From NCBI GenBank assembly GCA_951406725.2, contig OX597817.1, positions 149,482,001-149,546,000 of the forward strand: 64,000 nt of DNA. The letters are read 5' to 3'. The stretch comes from Octopus vulgaris (Eukaryota). Position 1 is the first letter of the stretch; every line of letters begins with the position of its first letter. The translations under genes and the position numbers were made by a program. Positions 53,805 through 64,000 of this stretch are shown here, piece by piece. The notes under the pieces are model-generated. The model saw only the letters and a program-made list of their open reading frames with translations. It searched no databases and was not told where the DNA came from.

Positions 53805-54928
53805 TTTTTCCCATTCCAATGTATTTACATTGAGTATGATTTATAGAGGGCTATTTTAATCTAATACTTCTTTTGTTACATATAATGGACTTTTACTTTC
53901 ATTTTTGCTTGATTTTCTTTTCTGACTGTTTGGACTTATATATATTTATTGTATAGTAACTGTTTGACCTTTTGTTATGAGCCTACATTTATCAATAATA
54001 GATTCAATTCCGCAGCTTTTTTAAAATCTATCTGTATTATATCTGTGTATATATTTCATTATTATTATTTATGATGTTTGTTCTTCATACTTTTTAAGCC
54101 CCATGTGGATTCCTTTTGAGCTTATGAAGACGGCTTTCGTTTTGTATATATACAATACATTTGAAATATCTATGTATGAAAGCGTTGTTGCGAAACAAAA
54201 TATGTTGCCAGACTCACTGTTATGGAATGGATTACACGGTTTGTGTGTGTGGTCTGTGTGGCATTTAATGTGTGTGCGTGTATAGATAATACCAACCAGA
54301 TATATCCATTGAGGCCCCAGTAAATATTTTTATACATTTCTTTGCATTTATATTTAATAATTGATGAGAAATTATTTTGTTATTTTGTAATTTGAGAAAT
54401 TATTTTGTTACTTGTCTACAACCATACTTTACATGATAAACCGAAACTAATCAATTAATATTTTAACTCTAATGAAAAGTTCATTAGCGTAATGAAAATT
54501 ACTCTCAAATGCGTCAAGGGAGAAAACTCCTACAAGAACGATTAACAAAACCTTAAATTATTCAAAATTTCTGAGTCTGATCTTTGATGGCTATTTTTAC
54601 ATCTGCTGGTATATTTCAGCCTTGTTATGTCTCGTCAACGGCACGAAGTCAACACAAAGCTCAATGAACACAGAACAATTTAGAATGTATATAGCTTTCG
54701 TGTGAAAATAATTAATTCATTAGGCTATTTAATGTAATGATGTTGGAAAATTTCCCAAGACTACCTTGTACATCACGAATGTATAATTAAGTTCAGGCCA
54801 CTATATTTGACGTGGTGAGCCAATGCAATTTTTAATCAATTCGATAATGCGAAGAAATTTCATTTGCGTTAATGAAAATTACTCTCCAGCGGAGCAATTG
54901 GAAGAACTTCGATTGAACAAATTATTTT

Positions 54929-55208
54929 AGGCGCATGGCATGTTTGTGTGGTTAAAAGCTCGCTTCGCAACTACGAGATCTCGGATTCAGTCTCACTGCG
55001 CGGTACACTGGGGAAGTGTATTCTACTATTGTCACAAGCCGACCAATGCCTGGTGAATGAATTTGGCGGACGGAATCTGTGAGGAAGCCCATCATGTATG
55101 TGTGTGTGTGTGGGTGTGTATCAGTGTGTATGTGTGTCACTGTGTCTGTGCTTGATGACTGGTGTTGGTTTGTTTATGTCCTGTAAGTTAGCAGTTCGGC
55201 AAAACAGA
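54929..55208 (+). mobile_element. Diverged family B SINE, 3'-truncated
   Basis: Head, CORE-like block and (TG)n are recognisable. Confidence 0.8.
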
Positions 55209-55209
55209 T

Positions 55210-55606
55210 TTACTCTTTTATTCTTTTACTAGTTTCAGTCATTGGACTGCGGCCATGCTGTCGCACCGCCTTTCGTCGAATCAAATCGCCCACAGGACTT
55301 ATTCTTTGTAAGCCTAGTACTTATTCTATCGGTCTCTTTCGCAGAACTGTCAAGTTACGGGGACGTAAACACACCAGCATCGGTTGTCAAGCGATGCTGG
55401 GGGGACAAACACAGACACACACACATATATATATACATATATACGACGGGCTTCTTTCAGTTTCCGTCTACCAAATCCACTCACAAGGCTTTGGTCGTCC
55501 CTAGGCTATAGTACAAGACACTTGGCCAAGGTGCCACATAGTCGAACTGAATCCGGAACCATGTGGTTGGTAAGCAAGCAACTTACCACACAGCCATTCC
55601 TGCGCC
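55210..55606 (-). mobile_element. Full-length family B SINE
   Basis: Reverse complement of the consensus, ending ttcctgcgcc. Confidence 0.93.
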
Positions 55607-56288
55607 TATATTGATAGAATAACTACCAAACTTAAGAATAAACACATACTGAGGTCAACCTTTCCTATATATGTAGGCATGAGTGTGGTCGTTCGATACC
55701 GTTGCGTGGAATCTTTAGCAAGAGGCCATAACATAATCAAGGTTCCCCTCATGCCTTTGTGAATGCATTTATGTCAACGAAGACTGTGTAAAAGCCCGCG
55801 GATTGGACTGTACTTGTAATTCAAAGACTCAGGTCGTCAGTCTATGTCTCTGGAATACTCAGCCACATCGCATACTACTTCAATAAGTAGGTCATCAAGT
55901 TTATCGAAAAACTTATGTTCATGCGTTGAAGGCGACGAGAATCCCTCATATATAAGTGTGTGGACGTGCATGTATGCGCGCACGAATGCGTGTGCGTGTG
56001 TGTTGACATAATGCGAGTCTTAACCGTATCTACATAAGTGTAAACTAATAAACAGACACATGCATACAAATGTTTATCTTACAGTATTTCTCTGCAAAGA
56101 GAAAGAGTGCGGCTGACCTGATTTGTGTTTCGTCTCGAATTAGAACCTTCTTCAGAGACAACACTTCTTTCTGTCCGCAGGGAAATTCGCAGTTATATAT
56201 ATAATTACTTTACATGTCCAATAAATATGACAGTATCAGCAATTTGGAGAGCCAATTTGCATATATATTAATGTGTATGGAACTAGAT

Positions 56289-56669
56289 GTGGAGGCGCAA
56301 TGGTCCAGTGGTTAGGGCAGCGGCTTCGTGGTCGTAGGATCGCGGTTTCGATTCCCAGACCGAGCGTTGTTGGTGTTTATTGAGCGAAAACACTTAAAGC
56401 TCCACGAGATTCCGGCAGGTGGGGTGAACCCTACTGTATTCTTTTACCACATTTTTCTCTCACTATTTCTCCCTGTTTCTGTTGTACCTGTATTTCAAAA
56501 GGCCAGCCTTGTCACACTTTGTGTCACGCTGAATATCCCCGAGAACTACATCAAGGGTACACGTATCTGTGGAGTGCTCAGCCACTTGCACGTTAATTTC
56601 ACGAGAAGGCTGTTCCGTTGATCGATCAACTGGAACCCTCGTCGTCGTAACCAACGGAGTGCCACGAGT
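56289..56669 (+). mobile_element. Chimeric SINE: family C head plus tail E
   Basis: Head homologous to the 47416 copy, 3' half homologous to 5275-5440; TSD actagat at 56282-56288 and 56670-56676. Confidence 0.88.
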
Positions 56670-56829
56670 ACTAGATAGTTTAATAGTGACAGAATCATAG
56701 TATAAGTATTTGTAAATATCAAACACCCGGATACTATTGACGTCGTTGAGTCGTTAGAGCACTGGACAAAGTTATTCGCTGTATTTGCTCTTACTCTCTA
56801 AGTTCAAATCTTAATCGAAACCAACTTTA

Positions 56830-56964
56830 AAGCGTTTGCTTACAAACCACATGGCTCTAGGTTCAGTCCCACTACGTGGACAAGTCATCTACTATTGTCT
56901 CGGGCCGACCTAAGCCTTGTGGGGAGATTTGGTAGACGGAAACCAAAAGAACTCGTCGTAAATT

Positions 56965-57004
<40 letters not shown>

Positions 57005-57190
57005 TACCATCACTTGATAACCAGTTTTGGTTTGTTTACGTCCCTGTAACTTACCAGTACGGCAAGAGAGACCGTTTGAATAAGTACCAGGCTTTAAAAA
57101 GATAAGAATTGGGGTCGATTCGTTTGACTAAAAAATTCTTCAAGGCGGTGCCCCAGTGTGGCCGCAGGGTAACGACTGAAACAAATGTAA
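56830..57190 (+). mobile_element. Family B SINE; further partial copies at about 57340-57550(+), 61726-61788(-), 62497-62690(-), 30615-30665(+)
   Basis: ggttcagtcccactacgtgg..ggcggtgccccag..gactgaaac. Confidence 0.87.
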
Positions 57191-57910
57191 CATAAAAGGT
57201 ATAAGTTTAAAGTGAAGACGCGTAACCTAGTGGTTAGAGTATAGCATTCACAGTCGTAAGATTGTGTCTGTGTCTGTGTGTATATGTGTTTCTGTGTGTG
57301 TTTGCGAGTCTGTGCACGTATGCGTGTGTGTATGTGCGTGTGTTTGTCCACCACTGCACCACTGCCTGACCACCAGTGCTTGTTTGATTACGTCCCTTAA
57401 GTTAGCAGTTCGGACAGTGAGACCGACAGATTAAGTATCGGATTTATAATATAGATGTTGGCTGGAGAGCGATTTGCTCAACTAAATACCGAGGCGGGCA
57501 CCAGCATGGCTGCAATTCAATGACAGAAACAAAGATAAAAATAAAGATAGAATATAATGATAACACTTACTGAAATATATATTCACTTGCACATGTATGT
57601 AAAATATTTTATATAAGAGTTGCTATATGTGTATTCATGTATGTGTTTATGGGTGGAAACTGTTTGAACGCGAAAGACTAATGAAGAAACGAATCCTCTC
57701 TTTTCATATTAATCAGCCATTTTGTTTTTAGTGAAGCTTAAAAGCGTTGTTGGTGAGTAGCCCTAGGAAGGTCAACCAGATCTTCCAGACTTACAAGCAA
57801 AGCTATGCCGCTTGTGATTGTCCTACTTCCATATACAGCATCACATTATCTTGTTTTTGTCGTCAAAATAAGAATTTATAAACTGAAAGAATGTGAAATA
57901 ACTCCGTTTT

Positions 57911-58298
57911 CGAATGGTGTATCTCGAAGCAAAGAAAGCTATATAAATAATCTTTTCTGCTCTAGGCACAAGGCCTGAAATTTTGGAGGAAGGGGACAGT
58001 CGATTAGATCGACTTCAGTACGCAACAGGTACTTAATTTATCGATCCCGAAAGGATGAAAGGCAAAGCCGACCTCAGCAGAATTTGAACTCAGATCGTAA
58101 ATACTGACGACATACTGCTAAGCATTTCGCCCGGCGTGCTAAGCTATATAAAAGATAGTATAGAACACTTGTCATGTTTACAAGAGATGTGGTTTCGTGT
58201 CCCACGGGTAGCCTTCGTCTTTTTCTATCCAAAGGATCTTTAATCCAATATTTACACGTCATTATTCATTTTTTTTTTGCTTCGAGATACATCGTTCG
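57911..58298. mobile_element. Small TIR element (MITE), interrupted by a SINE
   Basis: cgaatggtgtatctcgaagcaaa / tttgcttcgagatacatcgttcg inverted termini; TA on the right flank. Confidence 0.75.
57948..58140 (-). mobile_element. 5'-truncated family A SINE with tail A2
   Basis: 12-bp TSD aagctatataaa at 57936-57947 and 58141-58152. Confidence 0.92.
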
Positions 58299-58559
58299 TA
58301 TTCATGTTTGTTTGTTTCTAGACGATAGGACATGATTTCAATGAGGTTTGGCTGGTATTTCTTGCAGGTAGAAGCTCCCTTGTGCAAATGTTTGCGTATT
58401 TACGAGTGTAATGCAAATCTGAAAATGAAGTCGCCATTCCGTCTACAAGTGGGTAAAGTTTAAAAGACATTGGTGAAATGGAATGCGTTGGAATCATGGA
58501 AATAATTAACCTTAGAGAATAGAAAAATGGCGACAAGATCAGCAACTACAGCAGTAAAA

Positions 58560-58761
58560 GAAATCTGGTAAAATACAAGATGGATTTGAAAAGAAAACCG
58601 AAAATATTTGAAAGAAAAATAATATTAAAAAACTCTGGGCTTGCGAAGGGAGAGAAAAATGATAAGGTGTGAAAGGAAAGCAAGTCACAGAGAGAATGAA
58701 AGAGATTAAGTGTTGTCGTTGTTATGTGCGTGTGTTTGTGTGTGTGCGTGTGTGTGTGTGT

Positions 58762-58817
<56 letters not shown>

Positions 58818-59700
58818 CAGAGATAAAGAGAGAGAGAGATTAAAGCGTAGTCGGCTTCTCAAATAGAGGGCATATTGAAAAGAGAGGATTGATAGAGTGC
58901 ATTTAGTAAGAGATAAGGAGAAGGACAGAGAGGAAGAATTAGATAGAATAACGAAAGAAAATCATGATAGAAAAAAAGTGATTCAAAGAAAAATAGAAAA
59001 TTAATGTTAAAAAAAGCACAAAGAGAATGGCTGTATAACTAAACGTAGAATAGAGGCAAACAGATATGAGACAGTGAGAGAGAAAACGGGGAAAAGGAGA
59101 GAGAGAAAGAGAAATAAATGAAGAATACATGAGACAGATAAAGAGAGAAAGCTAGAGAAGAGAGAAAATGGATATTGATGGAGTGAAGTAGAAAATATAA
59201 GAAGGATTTTTAAAATATAAGAAGTGTTGGAAATGAGAGAGATTGAAAGACAAAGGTGACAATCGAATAATTAGTGAGAGGGAGGATGGACGAAAAATAT
59301 AGAAATGGAGAAGATAAAAACGATGTGGTGGGGGAGGGAGGGAGGAGAAAGGAAGATGCGTTTGCATAAAACTACATTGTTTGATCGAAGCAATGGGATA
59401 CAGAAGAAAAAAAAGAGATGGAGAAATGGCGGTTGAAAGACGTTATTTTGAAGGATGCAAAAGATTGTGTATAATTTGAAGTGCAGAGAAAAAATGAAGG
59501 GTTTAAAATGTTGAAAGAATGAAGAGGCCAACAGATAGAATCAGTCGATATTACAAATTTATGAAAGAATAAACTGAAAAGAAGAATTTGAAAAGTGAAA
59601 AACTAGAAAAAAAAATACTGAGAGAAAAATTTTATTTGTTGAAGAAAGGTAAACGAGAATGTGAAATGAGTTTCCGCGTTGATAGTATTGGAAATGTCAG
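58560..59700. repeat. Strand-asymmetric purine-rich low-complexity tract
   Basis: A/G-dominated plus strand without periodic units; boundaries approximate. Confidence 0.7.
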
Positions 59701-60259
59701 AGCTAAGGTTGTGAAAAATGATTTAGTTATACATTCTTAATCTTTTTGCTTTACGCTTTTATTATTTATATTATTTCTTTATCTTTTTAATTTCGAACTA
59801 TTGAAAAGCAGGAAAATAATGACAGAAGAAGCAGAAATGTGGATATATTGCTAAAATATTGCAAAGATATCAGATCTAGTCAATGAATTCTTTCTCATAG
59901 GGTGGGTATGTTGGTAATTCTAGTTTGAATAATGGCCGACATCGGTTTGTTCTGAAACGTATCTGATACTTTGCTTATAAATGGCTGAGTTTTTGGCTGT
60001 GTTTGAGTTTTAGAATCGACAGATGGAAGCAATAGAAAAACAAGATGGGGAAAACATAAAGAAAAGAGAAACAGAAATTAAATGTTTCATCGTTTAATAA
60101 TACTGGATATATTGAATGAAACATGTGCAAGTCAGAGATTCTGCGAATTTATTAACAACGAAATGTGTAAAAAAAAAAAGCTTGTATACATTAAGACACA
60201 TATCCGCATGCAAAAATATATAAACACACGCACACACAAACATACACACACACACACAC

Positions 60260-60361
<102 letters not shown>

Positions 60362-60474
60362 GAATGGAATCGAACGAAGATGTTAACAAAATTCCTTTAC
60401 TCTCGACACTACCCAGGTTTCGGTTAAACGAATTTTCCATGCTGACGATAAACATAGGATAATTCATTCACCTA

Positions 60475-60533
<59 letters not shown>

Positions 60534-60721
60534 GATGGAAAAAATGAGAACAAAAGAATGATGCCTCGATATTAGCTCCGGCATTTGAAACTCTGAGTCC
60601 TATTATGACAACTTACTGATTGTCCTGAACTATACACAAACACACACACACGCACACACACACACACACATACACACACACATACATGTATGTGTGTGTG
60701 TGTGTGCGTGTGTGTGTGTGC

Positions 60722-60757
<36 letters not shown>

Positions 60758-62385
60758 GTGTGTATGTGTTTGTCTTTTTCTCTTCTTTTTACATCTATTG
60801 TGTTGCTATTTCTGCTGAAAACACCGATCTATGCGTGTAAAATACGTCCGTACAAGCTACTCTTGATAACTGGATGTAGACACGGTTGGGATTACCGGCT
60901 CTTTCAGCTTACCGTCTGTCCTCTTTTATTTTATTTTATTTTATTCTATTTTTTTTTGTGTGACATTTTTGTTCAGACAAACCTGAAGCAGTAGTTTGAC
61001 AGCAGACCTTGCATCCTTTATCTTTATATTGTGTGTATGTATGCTTCCATATATAGCTAAGTGAGATTCCGGTAAAGAAAAAAAAAACTTGTTGAACGCT
61101 GTACAAAGCTCATCCACAGATATTGGCTAACTGATGTCATCATCCAGGATAAATGCACGTGCTACTGGATATACATCAGGAACTCCATAGTATCCGTAAG
61201 GTGTGTATAAATAGACAAACGGAATATAATATGTGTGAGTGTTTTTGTGGCGGTGAAATTGAGGAAGTCTAATATCTGTCGAGTATCTTGTCTTTATGTT
61301 TGCGTGCAATCAAAATTACTGTATACCAATCTGAACCCATGATATGCATGCATGTACTAATGCCCCTGTTAGAGTTGTATACACACTTATATAAATACAA
61401 AAGCTTTAACTTTTATTATACTATGGAACACAGTAGGGAATAAAATGTACGACTCAAAGGTTTGGTCGCTGTTTATTTACATAATTAAGAGTTGGTTATT
61501 GATTTAGTTATTGAATTTATTTACCGATACTGTTGTTGATAGGGAAACTATGTTTGAAAGTTGAGGTTTCTTTGGTATGTTTGTTACCAAACAACACTTA
61601 TTTTAGTGCTCTTGACACCGCTGGATTAAATGGTACTGTTCAGGTGTCGAAACCATAATGATATCCGTGGGGCAGCTGATGATGGAGTTATGTTGGATTG
61701 TTAGTATGGCTGTTTTTTGTATATACTCTTTTTTACTCTTTTACTTGTTTCAGTCATTTGACTGCGGCCATGCTGGAGCACCGCCTTTATATGGAAAAGT
61801 TTTATCACACATCCTTTTGATATACCTTTTGATATACATATATAAGACATTATGAAAAGGGTTTAGCTAATGTTTCTTAATAAGTCAAGACACATCGCAA
61901 GAAATTGTCTCGCTGCATCATTTAGCTATTTGGTTCTTTTTTTTTTACGATGTAATCGACGTCTAATCTGGCTCTCATGACTGCATTTTTAGACTTCAGC
62001 TAGACGCTGGAGTGAAAACTAAGAAATGGGAATAATGTACAGAAACACGTGAGTGAAATAGGTAACAATAAGTAAATATACACTTCCAGTATAACAGAGG
62101 CAATACGAATATTTTGTAGACAACCAACTGTAACATAAAGAGAAAATAGTGTCTCTTAAATACCCAGGAAATGCTCTGATTGAAGTCTTTTACTCGTGTA
62201 TGAATATACATCTCATGTAATTAAAATATGATTATAAATAGCGACCGAGTGAAGTATACAAAGAACATCAAATACATACGAGTATATTTATACACAAAGA
62301 CATATACGCATATAAACGACCACATATAATATATATGTACATATATATATATTTATATATAATATAAAATATATTTATAATATAA

Positions 62386-62447
<62 letters not shown>

Positions 62448-62700
62448 TATGTTAATGCAAAGAGGAAAAGGGGAACTCGAAATATGAGTTTATTCTTTTA
62501 TACTTTTATTTATTTCAGCCATTTGACTTCGGCCATGCTGGAGCACCACCTTTTAGTTGAAATCGACCCCAGGACTTATTCTTTGTAAGCCTGGTGCGTT
62601 TGCCGAACCGCTAAGTTACATTGGCGTAAACACACGAACATCGGTTGTCAAGCGATGGTGAAGGAGCCAGACACAGACACAAGGATACACACATAAATAT

Positions 62701-62960
62701 AGTTACGCACTGGGGTCGATGTAATCGACTTAATCCGTTTGTCTGTCCTTGTTTGTTCTCTCTGTGTTTAGCCCCTTGTGGGTAGTAAAGAAATAGGTAT
62801 TTCGTCTGTCTGCGTTATGAGTTCAAATTCCACCGAGGTCAACTTTGCCTTTCATCCTTTTTGGAGTCGATAAATGAAGTACCAGTTGCGTACATGGGTC
62901 GAACTAATCGACTGACCCCTTCCCCAAAAATGTCGGTCCTTGTGCCTAGAGTAGAAAAAA
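62701..62960 (+). mobile_element. 5'-truncated dimeric family A SINE (tail A1 + core + tail A2)
   Basis: Same junction gtaaagaaata|ggtatttcgtctg as the 6584 copy. Confidence 0.9.
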
Positions 62961-63321
62961 TGTGTGTGTGTGTGTGTGTGTGTATAGTTATATATAAATA
63001 CATATATATGTTATAAATATATGTGAGTGTTCCATAAGTGTCGAGAATAATTATCAAAACAGAAAATCTGTCTAACATCGAATGAGGTTTCAGTGATAGA
63101 AATGGATTTGCAATCAAGACGTATGTAGAATACACACAAGGTCAAGATTTACTAAACGGACTACATATTATTGATATGTGTGTGTGTGTGTGCAAGCGCA
63201 TATGTATGTCAGCTTATATATGCATATGTATGTACATGCATACTTGTATAACTTTAAGTAACGTATATTTGTATGTGTGCCTCTGTGTGCGTGTATGTGT
63301 GTGTGTGTGTATATGTGTGTC

Positions 63322-63386
<65 letters not shown>

Positions 63387-63485
63387 AAAATATGCATGCA
63401 TGAGTATATAATTTACATTATGGTTTGGAAATATAAATGACACCTTTTACATATATTTATTAATATATTATAATTACACACACAT

Positions 63486-63535
<50 letters not shown>

Positions 63536-63585
63536 CATATATATATATATTATATAAATATATACATATATATATATATATATAC

Positions 63586-63656
<71 letters not shown>

Positions 63657-63669
63657 TACATATATATAC

Positions 63670-63737
<68 letters not shown>

Positions 63738-64000
63738 CCATCCAGTTCGCTTAATCTCATTCCAAATAATGTGATTCTTTATTAACGCAAGCTGTATTAG
63801 TAAGTAAAAGAAAACGTAGACATAAGAGATTTCAAAATAAGTGACAGCTCTAAAAGTAGTCATGTGACAATATCTAGCCTCGTTCTGTTTGAATAAATTC
63901 GTCTAAAGAAAGTTGATGCCACGTCTAAGAATCTAGACTTATTTATTGATCAACCAGGCGTATTAAAAATCAGTTACATCGCCAAAATGATCGGTCTTTC

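Noticed and set aside
54118-54217. Hammerhead-like ATGAAGA..GAAAC..GTT
   Set aside because: Core is incomplete and the stems are too degenerate to support a call

Overview
AT-rich, microsatellite-saturated eukaryotic non-coding DNA with no intact protein-coding gene that I can support; almost every ORF in the supplied track is a translation of simple repeats or SINEs. The repeat content (tRNA-derived Meta-domain and CORE-type SINEs in many copies, plus dense (TA)n/(TG)n/(GATA)n/(TAA)n arrays) points to a coleoid cephalopod, most likely Octopus (inference from recalled family features, not a database search). The window holds at least five SINE lineages, many with clear target-site duplications; 3' ends of CR1-, RTE- and L1/Tx1-type LINEs; a Penelope-like GIY-YIG remnant; mariner and piggyBac-type remnants/MITEs; and two non-autonomous Helitron pieces. 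The most striking hidden structure is a set of hammerhead-ribozyme motifs in Penelope-like fragments: a 118-bp palindrome at 34595-34712 encoding two back-to-back type I hammerheads, a repeated variant-core minimal hammerhead, and several degenerate ones. Also notable are gapless imperfect fold-back elements, SINE tails that resemble LINE 3' ends present in the same window, and inverted SINE pairs that could form dsRNA. All alignments and folds were done by eye.
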